Shown here piece after piece: positions 37,961 through 47,378 of a stretch of 64,000 bases of DNA. The notes under the pieces are model-generated. The model ran no database searches. It saw only the letters and a list, made by a program, of their open reading frames with translations, and had not been told where the DNA came from. Location: contig OZ038378.1 in assembly GCA_964036045.1 (NCBI GenBank), positions 17,422,001-17,486,000 of the forward strand, in the 5' to 3' direction. The translations under genes and the position numbers were made by a program. The DNA is from Eutreptiella sp. 'Long Island Sound 2002' (Eukaryota > Protista > Euglenida). The first letter of the stretch is position 1. Each line of letters begins with the position of its first letter.

Positions 37961-39718
37961 ATGATCGCGTCACCAGTGCACCAACGGCGGCAACGCCGCG
38001 CGCAGCGCCGGGCGGCCCCCGCGCCAGCGGAGCCCGCCCCCGGCGCCGCCGAGGCCTCGACCCCCGCGCACAGCCCCCCTCCCGCCGCCGCCGCGCCGCC
38101 CCCGGCCCCCAGCGCCACGCCGCAGGCCGGGGCCGGCCGGCGCGTCTGCGTGATCGGCGCCGGGATCGCGGCGCTCGTCGCCGCCCGGCGGCTGCAGGAG
38201 CACGGCTTCGCGGTCCGCCTCTTCGGCCACTGCGGGCCCGGCCGCCTCGCCGGGCGGCTGCTGACGGAGGAGTGGGACCTCCGCCGGGACCGCATGCAGA
38301 ACGGCTACAAGACGTCCGCCGGCCCCCCCGACGCCGCGGCGACCCTCCGGTACGACGCCGGCTGCCAGTTCGTGACGGCCACCGACCCGCGGGCCGTGGC
38401 GCTGCTGCGGGCCTGGCAGGCGGCCGGGGCCGTGCGCCAGTGGGAGGGGGCCGCGTTCGGGAGCCTGGGGCCGGACGGGGCGTTCGAGGCCGTCCCCCCG
38501 GAGGCGATGCCGCCGGTGTTCTGCGGGGCGCGGGGCTGGGGCCGGGTCGTCGAGCACCTCGCGGCGGAGGTGGGGCCGGGGGCGGTCGTGCACACCATCG
38601 CGCAGCGCCTCGTCCCGGGGCCGGGCGGGCGGTACGCGGTGCAGCACGAGGAGCCCCACGTGGACCCGTACCTCGCGTTCGTGGGCGGCAACGTCCCCCG
38701 GGAGACGGTGCGGCGCGAGACGGACTTCGAGTTTGACTACGTCGTCCTGGCCCACGGGCTCGCGGCGAAGACCCCGCGGATGGTCACGTTTGCTGACGCG
38801 GTCGCGGGTGGGGGTGCCGGGGCTGGGGCTGGGGCTGGGGCTGGGGCTGGGGCTGGGGCCGGGGGTGGGCCCGGGGCTGGGGCTGGGGGTGGGGCTGGGG
38901 CTGGGGCGGGTACCGGGGCCGGTGCGTGTGGGCAGCGCGTCGCGGACTGCCTGACCCGCAACGTGCGGCACCACACCGTCCTGATGCTGACGCTGGCGTT
39001 CCGGGCCCCCCTGCCCCTGCGCTTCGCGGTGTGCCGCGTGCGCGGGGGCGAGGAGGTCGCGCTGGTGGTGCACGCCTCCGCGAAGCCGGGCCTGCAGGGC
39101 GCGCACGCCGTCTGGACCGTCTACTCCAGCGCCGCGTACGCCGCGGCCCACGCCCTCCCCAAGCGCAAGGCCGAGGCGTTCCGGGCGATGACGGACCGCT
39201 TCTTCGCGCTGTTCGGGCTGCAGGCGCACCGCCGGCACCTCGTGTCCTTCGCCGGCACCCCCTTCTGCCTCCTGTGGCCCCACGGCCGCGCCGCCACGTG
39301 CCCCCCGCGCCCGGCGCGGGCCCTGTACGACGCGCGCGCGCGTGTCGGGGCCTGCGCCGACTACTGCGCCGGCCCCCCCGGCGTCGAGGGGGCGGTGGTG
39401 TCGGCCCTGGAGCTGGCGGACGCCCTCGCCGCGGACGCCGAGGGGCGGCCGCTGCCCGCGACGGTGCTCACGGACCTCGACGCGGAGTGGGGCCCGCCGG
39501 AGGAGCCGCTGCCGTGGGTGATCGCGCACTTCCCGGGGCTGCCGCCGCCGCCGCGGTGCGCCCCGGAGCCCCCGGTGCCGGTGCCGGCGCACTGCTGCCC
39601 CACGGACGACGGGCTGGGGAGCCACGCGGGGCTGGTGTACGGCCGGACGGCGGCGCTCCGGCCGGGGGCCCGGAAGGAGCGGGAGCGCCGGGGCGATGCC
39701 GCGGGGCTGCGGAGGTGA
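37961..39718 (+). CDS. Renalase-like FAD/NAD(P)-dependent oxidoreductase
   Basis: Rossmann motif RVCVIGAGIAALVAARRLQEHG, YDAGCQFVT, FDYVVLA and C-terminal GACADYCAG..GVEGAVVSALELA. GC3-rich single block with a Pro/Ala-rich N-terminus. The start codon and 3' end are uncertain. Confidence 0.88.
   Translation: MIASPVHQRRQRRAQRRAAPAPAEPAPGAAEASTPAHSPPPAAAAPPPAPSATPQAGAGRRVCVIGAGIAALVAARRLQEHGFAVRLFGHCGPGRLAGRLLTEEWDLRRDRMQNGYKTSAGPPDAAATLRYDAGCQFVTATDPRAVALLRAWQAAGAVRQWEGAAFGSLGPDGAFEAVPPEAMPPVFCGARGWGRVVEHLAAEVGPGAVVHTIAQRLVPGPGGRYAVQHEEPHVDPYLAFVGGNVPRETVRRETDFEFDYVVLAHGLAAKTPRMVTFADAVAGGGAGAGAGAGAGAGAGAGGGPGAGAGGGAGAGAGTGAGACGQRVADCLTRNVRHHTVLMLTLAFRAPLPLRFAVCRVRGGEEVALVVHASAKPGLQGAHAVWTVYSSAAYAAAHALPKRKAEAFRAMTDRFFALFGLQAHRRHLVSFAGTPFCLLWPHGRAATCPPRPARALYDARARVGACADYCAGPPGVEGAVVSALELADALAADAEGRPLPATVLTDLDAEWGPPEEPLPWVIAHFPGLPPPPRCAPEPPVPVPAHCCPTDDGLGSHAGLVYGRTAALRPGARKERERRGDAAGLRR
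38806..38925 (+). repeat. GGGGCT hexamer expansion encoding a Gly-Ala tract
   Basis: In-frame AGGGAGAGAGAGAGAGAGGGPGAGAGGGAGAGAGTGAG inside the oxidoreductase. Confidence 0.9.
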
Positions 39719-42041
39719 GGGGCCAACTACTGGGCGCCACTGACGCGCGCATGGCACACCCCGCCACATTCAGCACAGCCCCAACACACCAACGACTGGG
39801 CTCCGCGAACGCGGAAATGACACCAGCAGGAGCACCGGCCGCAGCGGCCGACAGAACGCAGCGCCCCGACGCAACATGCGAAGGGAAGACCGGGTGACTG
39901 TCCAGGGCCCCGTAAAGGAACAACCCGACGGAATGTCACACGGGGGGGGGGGGGGCGGATCGCGGGGCTGCGGCCGCGTCGGTCGGGGGTGGGGGGGGAG
40001 GGTGCGCAGTCCTTCCTGACGCCGGACTCTACTTGGGAGGACGGGGACAACTGCCCCAATCGCATGCAGTCACAACCGTTTTGCTTCAGCCGTTGGGATC
40101 AGCCACGCAGAGGATTCCCTCCGCAAAGGGCGAACATGTACGTGCACCCGGGGGCACAGACCGGCACACTCCTTCAGCCCTGATCCCCCCCCCCCCCAGG
40201 CTGTCAGAGGCCAAAAAAAGTTAGTGTACGTAAAATCGGCCTCAAATTCCCCCCCCCTTTAATACATTTCATTTGTGCTGGAGGAAAATTTTTCTGATGT
40301 GGTCAGGGTGGGGGGGTTGGCCGGGGCTGGCGAGGGCCCCAAACACCCCCCCCCCCACCCCCCGGTCCCTTCAGCAATAGCCTGAACCACCCCCAAAACA
40401 AACCAAAGTGAATGCCTCCCTCCCCAATGCTGAAAAACACGCCAACTTCTGGTATCCCTTGCTCAATGGGATTTGCCTTGAACCTTGATTCCGAGAGGTC
40501 ATCCCGAGTACCGTGAAGTGAGCAGGCCACACCAGCTCATCTTGGGTTGACCCCCCCCCCCAAAAAAAGGAGTTGCGTTGGTTCCACAACACCGACACCC
40601 GTTGCCACTTCCGCATGTCTCTTGCCTCGCACACTGGCCCAGTGCCGACACACGAAGGGCGAAGGAGGCCATCGCACGGGCCCGGCAGTCACACCAAAGC
40701 ATTGCCCTGTGCCCCGGTGCGCCGGCTGTCCCCCGGTGGTACACCGGGTGGGAGGGTGATTCCCGGCGGCAGCAAAGGCCGTTTGGGGGTCTGGGACCAG
40801 GAGAGAGGGGGGGCGTGGGGCGGGGGGGGGGGCGTTCCAACAACAAGCAGCAACTCCTCAGCCAAAATCAATTGAACATGGAAATCATCATAATCATGAT
40901 CATCATGTGATCTAGAGAGCAAAAGTCAAAGAGGCAGATCATCATGTGATCTAGAGAGCAAAAGTCAAAGAGGCAGATTCCAACACAACACAACACAGCA
41001 TAGCATAGCACAACACAACACGACACAGCGGCGGCCCCGTGTGACACGACACACCCTATGTGGCGGCACCGTGGCACGGCACGGCCCAACCCCCCCCCCC
41101 CCTCCGTGGCTGGGTAAGCTCCGAAAGTTCTTTCTCACTCAATTGTGTCAACAGGAAGGTGGCATACTCTTCCTCCGTTGTTAGATCAATGACCATCTTT
41201 GGAGAGGATGGAGAAGGTGTCCCATCCTTCCGTTTCTTCTCTGCTTTGATTGGACTGAGGCGAACACACACTACCTCACGCTTGGTGACAAAGTGGCACT
41301 ATTAGAGGCCTTCTCTTCCTTAGGAGGAGCAGAAGTAGCAGTAGCAATAGAAGGTTCCGCTTTTACCTCACCTTCCTCCTTATTAGGGTTGTGGTAGCGT
41401 GAAAGAATGTGGGCATCCTTTTCAACCCTCTCCTTGTCTTTGCGGTGATTTTCGGTAGTGGTTTCTACGGTTAAAAAGTGGAAATTGTTGCTAATAGGCT
41501 CATTGGAACCGCCTTGGAAAGGCGGCTTCATTGATTGGTCACAACCCTAGGTGATTTTGTTGTTCGCGGTGATTAAATCTACAAGTTTGATGATTTGCTA
41601 CATGCCCCAGGGATATCAGCAGATATTCCTTTATCTACCGGCTGGGTCGGCTGCGACCCAGCCAGGATTTTTGCCGCCTTTTTGGCAGTCGATGGGACCA
41701 ACGCAGCCAAGTGCAGCCAGTGGCAAAAAAAAGCAACCAAAAAAGTGGCTGCATTGTGCAGCCATTTGGCTGCATGTGTGCAGCCATACATGCAGCCAAA
41801 TGGCTGCACAAATGCAGCCAAATGGCTGCATGTCTGCAGCCAAAACGTATTTATTTGCAGCCGATGAGTGCAGCCATTTGGCTGCATGTATGCAGCCATT
41901 GTGCAGCCATGCCCAAAACATGCAGCCCATGTGCAGCCACGGTAAGCTCTGTGCAGCCAATGTGCAGCCCATGTGCAGCCATCCCGTCCTGCAGCAACCT
42001 AGACCATGCGAGAAACACGTAGAGACATTCCTTGTACGCTA

Positions 42042-43376
42042 TTAACAATGGTGTGCAGTCCAACATTGTCCTTGTACATGCAATGGCACATTACAGGTCG
42101 GGCACCACCAGTAGGTGCGCTGCCCACAAACAACACATCGCCCCCTACTTGTCCTTTTTGAGGGTGTGTGGTCTGGTGCGGACTCTCTTGGGAACATGTG
42201 TTCCAATGCAAGCAGTTGGAAATCGTACATTGAGCAGTCGTGGTGGATGGACTTTGTGTACCGCGCTGCAAGATATGCATTTGTTGCTGCGTAGCGCAGC
42301 ATGAATGCCCGAACAAAATTGGACCATTTCCTAAATCTTCCCCTTTCTCGCCATTGTAAGGCGAGTTGGTTGGCTGTGTCCACCCCCCCGGCCAAATCCC
42401 TGTACGCCTGAATTACTCCAGGCACTGGTTTGCCTGATTTGGAGACAGTGTTCTGCTCCTCAGGCGCGCAATTGGTCATCAGCGGGACCACACGAGCAGC
42501 CTTCCCCCCGACCTTGGGGTTTTTGTACACATGCAATGCATATCCTGCATCTGCATTGGTGGTGATACAGTGTTCCCCCTCACTCAAGAGTGCCCCCCCT
42601 TCCTGCACCCCTAGCTGGTCACGTTTGACTAAAAATATAAAAGGTTGTTCCCTGCAGGCCAACACCTGAGCAAGCCTGTGAGATCCAAAAAAACTGTCAC
42701 AAACAACGACAACATCTGGCTGTAGGGATGAACAAAAATGATTTACAATTTCTGGTCCTGTGAACTTGCCAGCCACTTTTGGGCTACTCCTGCGGAGCTG
42801 ACCTTTCTTCCCGGTGTATAAATACACCTGCAGTACATAGCCAGAGACAGAATCGCATAAAACATATAGCTTGATCCCCGTACTGTGTGGTTTCCTGGGG
42901 ATATATTGAATTATACCCCCAGTTCTTCTACCCTTATGGGGTGCAACTGCTTCATCGATTGCAACTGCATCCCCCTGCTCCCACCATTGGACCCATCCCT
43001 CATTACACGCTTCGATTAGGGAGGTGATGTCCACATTGCAATTGCGTTGCATTTTGTAGAACAGCTTGCGGTGCAAGAGGTTGGCGACATAGTTGTCCTC
43101 ATCCGGGTGCCCGACCTCGAAAAGGTCGTCAATACGACGGGGCTTCAGCATTCCTAACCACATCTTGAAGGCCAGGTACCTCCAAAGATGTTTGACTAGG
43201 CCACCCTTCCCGCGGTTGCGTAGGTGGCGGCGCATCACCATGTGGATGGGCTTCAGCATGATCTTCAAAAATCGACCCGGGTGCGCCCTGGGTAGCACAC
43301 AGTGTCCCGGAAGGGGGTCACGAGGTAGTTGGCTCTGGACCTCGTTGTAGTTGAGATCTCTGGCTTCGTACCGCAT
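42042..43376 (-). CDS. piggyBac-family (PGBD) DDD transposase core with C-terminal Cys-rich domain
   Basis: AIDE, YIPRKPHSTGIKLYVLCD, VCDSFFGS, YRDLAGGVD (three catalytic Asp) and C-terminal CVVC...WCPTCNVPLH...C. Uninterrupted 444-aa ORF with an in-frame AG acceptor at 43390-43389. Confidence 0.95.
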   Translation of the reverse strand: MRYEARDLNYNEVQSQLPRDPLPGHCVLPRAHPGRFLKIMLKPIHMVMRRHLRNRGKGGLVKHLWRYLAFKMWLGMLKPRRIDDLFEVGHPDEDNYVANLLHRKLFYKMQRNCNVDITSLIEACNEGWVQWWEQGDAVAIDEAVAPHKGRRTGGIIQYIPRKPHSTGIKLYVLCDSVSGYVLQVYLYTGKKGQLRRSSPKVAGKFTGPEIVNHFCSSLQPDVVVVCDSFFGSHRLAQVLACREQPFIFLVKRDQLGVQEGGALLSEGEHCITTNADAGYALHVYKNPKVGGKAARVVPLMTNCAPEEQNTVSKSGKPVPGVIQAYRDLAGGVDTANQLALQWRERGRFRKWSNFVRAFMLRYAATNAYLAARYTKSIHHDCSMYDFQLLALEHMFPRESAPDHTPSKRTSRGRCVVCGQRTYWWCPTCNVPLHVQGQCWTAHHC

Positions 43377-43763
43377 TTTGTGGGGGGCCTAGAACAAAGA
43401 CAGTGCGTCCTGGGTCTACATAACAGCGGCTGCACTATGCAGCCAGTCGGCTGCACTATGAAGCCGGATGGCTGCATGGATGCAGCCAAATGGCTGCAGC
43501 CTAGCAGCCAAGTAGTTACACCACCGATTCGTCCCAAATCGTTGTTCTATTCCACGTTCTATGTTCCACGTTCTATGTATCTTTATTTTTATTTCCAATA
43601 CATTTTCTATCTTTCTGCAATTGTCAAACAGACGCAAAGCGGAGGCACAACACAAAGCAAAACAACAATCAGTCAACGTCACTCAGTCAGACTGTGGTAC
43701 CGCTCTCTTTCAGGCGGAATCGACCGGGTTCAATTGTACAACAACAGGGAAAATAAATAGGAG

Positions 43764-45287
43764 TTAGGCTTGCGCACCCTCCCCGGCCCCTTCACTCTTA
43801 ACCTCCTCCGCTTCGTCCTGGTCCGCCTTCAACTCCTCCACCTCGTCGTTGGATTCCGCCGCCTTGGCGCTTTCACTCTGCAAGGAACAGCAAGACAGGG
43901 AGCAGGTGACAGTGCGAAGCAGGATGCAAACAGGGAACCAAAATGCACTTGGCTGCATCACGCAGCCGACTAGCTGCATCGTAAATTATGCTGGCTGCAT
44001 CGTGCAGCCGTTTGGCTGCACGACTGGCTGCATAGTGCAGCCATTTGGCTGCACTGGTGGCTGCATTGAAAAACGTATGGCTGCATAATGCAGCCGGCAA
44101 CTGGCTGCATAGTGCAGCCAGTTGTGCAGCCAGTTGGCTGCACACTGCAGCCGCATGGCTGCATCTTGCAGCCGTTCCGGCTGCACACTGCAGCCATAAG
44201 GCTGCACCACGCAGCCGCCCTGGTAGCATACCGTTTCTGCGAAGGACAAGGTCCTCGGAGGAACGTCGTGCTTCGGGGAGTCCTCCAGTAGCCTGGCCGT
44301 CTCCCCACTTGTCAAGTGCAGACCGCTGGGGCTGGGAACTGAGCTGGGGTGGGGGATGACCACCTGGGTGTCCCGGGGGCTGGCGGCTTCCGCAGGGGCC
44401 TCCTTGCTGCCTTCATCTTGCTTCTCCTCTGCCTTCTTCTCTTCTTCGGCCTTCTTCTCTTCTTCGGACTTCTTCTCTTCTGCGGCCTTCTTCTCTTCTG
44501 CGGCCTTCTTCTCTTCTGCGGCCTTCCTCTTTTCTTCTTCCTCCGGGTCTGCGGGGTGCTTGGGCTTCTTCGGACCCCTCCCGTTGTCCGCCTGACTGCC
44601 TTGGGACTGCCCTTCTTCACGATCTCCTTCCCTTGGCTGGTGCGGGGGGCCTTCTTGGGGGGAGGGGTGATGGGGACCTTCCTTGGGTCTTCCCCTTCCT
44701 CCTCCTCCTCCTCCTCCTCCTCCTCCTCCTGCTGCTCTTCCTCCTCCTGTCCTTCCTCATCCGAGTCATCCTTCCATTGGGACCACAACGCTGTGATCTG
44801 AAAAACAAGTGCACGGAGACGGAAATTCCTAGGTAAACCACACAACAACAATGAAGAACAAAAGCAAGCGATAGGATAGGCAATAGGACAGCTGCACACC
44901 TCAGAGTATTTCCATGTACCATCCGCCACGTTGGTTGTGGCACCGGCCACCCGGTTGTTGCCCCGACCGGTGACCTTGTAGCTGACGATGCTTGTCAACC
45001 AGAGCTTCTTGCTCTTTGGAGCATTCTTCTGCACCCAAGCTGCATAGTACAGCTTGGGTGCCGCTGTGCTCTGCCTGCGAAGTGGATGAGTGCAGGGAGT
45101 GGATGGGAATTAAGGGGTGCGAAGGGAGCGTGAATGCAGGGGAACACACATAGCAGGGTGTAACGGGAGTCAAGGGGCATCAAACCTGGAAGCAGATGCA
45201 CGTCTCAAACTCCAATTCCTCGGGCTTGGTCACCGCGAGGTAACCACCTTCCCGCTGATAGTCGTCAGGCACGGGGGGCACAGCCAT
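43764..45287 (-). CDS. Spliced acidic/Lys-rich coding region inside the piggyBac-like element (exons 45202-45287, 44900-45074, 44364-44797, 43764-43877)
   Basis: Three GT-AG introns with matching phases (2, 0, 0). Reads MAVPPVPDDY...KYSE-ITALWSQWKDDSDEE(E)n...KAAEEKK repeats...SPRDTQ-SESAKAAES...AQA*. Exon 3 needs one extra base, probably in the G-run at 44575-44578. Confidence 0.7.
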
Positions 45288-45626
45288 GATGTGTGACTCT
45301 GGGACAAACACGAGAAACAAGAGAGATGCATATCTTTATTTAAACGGGTGCACTATGCATCCAAATGGCTGCACAGTGCAGCCGATTGGCTGCACTTTGC
45401 AGCCAATCGGCTGCAAAGATGCAGCCAAACGGTGTGATTCCCGGAAAATTAGGGACACTGGGTGCATTTTTGGCTGCACGTGTGCAGCCCGGCATACTCC
45501 CCCTAGTAAACAAGCCGGGGGAAGAAGCAAAGGCAACAAAGCAGCACAAGACGGGGTTGGAGTGTGTCTCTTGTCGCCGGCACTGTTTTTTGTAATAGGC
45601 AGTTGGTGTAGAGTGCAACGCATAAA

Positions 45627-47378
45627 TCATTCTTCATCAAGAACAAACGCTGTGCATCGGCGCCCCGACGTGGTGCGCGCCGCCTTGCGTTCTGGACCCT
45701 CATCCCTATCCCTCACCCTCTTCAAAGACTGCGATACAGTGGCCGCTCCAAGGCGTGGCGATGAGCGCCAGCCGCGCAGCATAGGCACTTTGGTAGGCTT
45801 AGGCCTTGCTTTGGGTGGGAGGGTGGGTCCAACCCCGTCTTGTGCTGCTTTGTTGCCTTTGCTTCTTCCCCCGGCTTGTTTACTAGGGGGAGTATGCAAA
45901 GGCGCCTCTGCAGCACAAGACGGGCTTGGAGTCGTGTGCACCGCCAAATGTGCATTGAGCGCTGTCGCGGCTGTGTCCACGGCCCCAAGCCGGTTGTAAT
46001 GCTTGCAATAAGCTTCGTAATTAGCCCACGACCCGATTTCGCACGAAATATCGGGGGGCAAATTCATTTGCTTATGAATCAGCTTGCCAGCGCCGCGTGT
46101 GGTGTGCGGCTTGTAGTGAGTAACATCTACACCGTGTGTGTGCAAAATTTGCTTGGTTAGCGCGCCGACGCGATCACTCGACAACGCGCCGTGCGGCTTC
46201 ACCAAACCGATGAGCAGGGGCCCTCGCGGGGCTCCCTCGGGTGTGATATGCATGTACCGTACAATAAGGTGCAAAGGGCAAACAGTGGGATGGTTAGGCA
46301 ACACCATCACGCGTTCCCAGCGGTATGACAACCAACCCTTTCGCTGTGCTGCAATGTACAACTCGCCGTTTGGGCCTCTGGCCCAAAGACGACGCAAATG
46401 CGCCAAATCGACGCTCCGATAAAGATGGAGCAATCTCCAAACAATAATCAAGCGATTGCGGACTTGTATTCTACAACGAAAATTCACGGGTTGTGAAATG
46501 AGCGCCCGTAATACCGTGGTCCCACACCAAAATGCAGCGTACTGTGGAGACGAAGCATTCCACTGCTGCTTCATGGCCTTGATGGCCGGATCAAAACGTA
46601 TGGAAGACATGGAGGGAAACATGACAACCGCGGCGTAAGCGGAGCGAGCCTGTGACATAGAATGCTGAAATAGCATGCTTAAAACAGAAACCACTTGAGT
46701 CTTCCCGATGCCAGGAAAGGGAAAACCGAGTTCGCACCCCAACTTGAAAAAGAGAACAAATGCGCTATTGTAGCGCTTCAAAGACTTGTCACGTTGCGAT
46801 AAAAATTGGTCAGCCGCTGCTGACGTGTAGTCGGCTGCGAGCAATTGTTCCCTGAGACATAGGCGAAAATCACATCCCATCGCGGGGCGGGCAATGGCGC
46901 GCGCGATGGTGTCTCGAATATCCCCGGGCACCGTTTTTTGAAAATTATCGGGCAATTCGGCTCGAAGAGCCGTAGTAGTAGGGGCCACCACGGGGCAGCC
47001 CGCCAAAACGGCACTACTATTAGAACTCTGAGAAGTGGGAACTGGGACAAGCGGTTGAGGAAGGGGTGGATGATCTTCCAAGGGGGGTGGGCGTAGGCAA
47101 AGCGGATCCCTTGGAGAGATGCTTGAAGCGTGTCCGTCAGCACTTGGTGAGGGTGCGACGTTGGCCACCGGCAAGCAAACTTCTTGCACTTGGCGCTCTC
47201 CGGCGTGGCAAACAGATCTAATTGAGGCGTCCCCAGCGCCCGTGTGATGCGGTGAAAAACGTGGTCCGAGAGGACGACTTCCCGCACGTCTATAGTCCGT
47301 CGGGATACTATATCGGCTGGGTTGGCCGCTGATGGTACCCACTCGGGTCTGACTTGCACGTTGCGTGCCCAACACCAC
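45627..47378 (-). CDS. DIRS tyrosine recombinase (ORF3)
   Basis: LYRSVDLAHL (catalytic R), VCPLHLIVRYM, YKPHTTRGAG (HxxR), IGSW...YCKHY (W and Y). Overlaps ORF2 by 601 bp. The true start codon is uncertain. Confidence 0.92.
   Translation of the reverse strand: MVLGTQRASQTRVGTISGQPSRYSIPTDYRRAGSRPLGPRFSPHHTGAGDASIRSVCHAGERQVQEVCLPVANVAPSPSADGHASSISPRDPLCLRPPPLEDHPPLPQPLVPVPTSQSSNSSAVLAGCPVVAPTTTALRAELPDNFQKTVPGDIRDTIARAIARPAMGCDFRLCLREQLLAADYTSAAADQFLSQRDKSLKRYNSAFVLFFKLGCELGFPFPGIGKTQVVSVLSMLFQHSMSQARSAYAAVVMFPSMSSIRFDPAIKAMKQQWNASSPQYAAFWCGTTVLRALISQPVNFRCRIQVRNRLIIVWRLLHLYRSVDLAHLRRLWARGPNGELYIAAQRKGWLSYRWERVMVLPNHPTVCPLHLIVRYMHITPEGAPRGPLLIGLVKPHGALSSDRVGALTKQILHTHGVDVTHYKPHTTRGAGKLIHKQMNLPPDISCEIGSWANYEAYCKHYNRLGAVDTAATALNAHLAVHTTPSPSCAAEAPLHTPPSKQAGGRSKGNKAAQDGVGPTLPPKARPKPTKVPMLRGWRSSPRLGAATVSQSLKRVRDRDEGPERKAARTTSGRRCTAFVLDEE
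45828..45932. repeat. DIRS internal complementary region (ICR)
   Basis: 45828-45897 is the exact reverse complement of 45492-45561. 45898-45932 is the exact reverse complement of 49883-49917. Confidence 0.95.

Noticed and set aside
37855-39897. ORFs 37970-39769 (-), 37855-38736 (+) and 38926-39897 (+)
   Set aside because: Shadows of the GC-rich oxidoreductase CDS.
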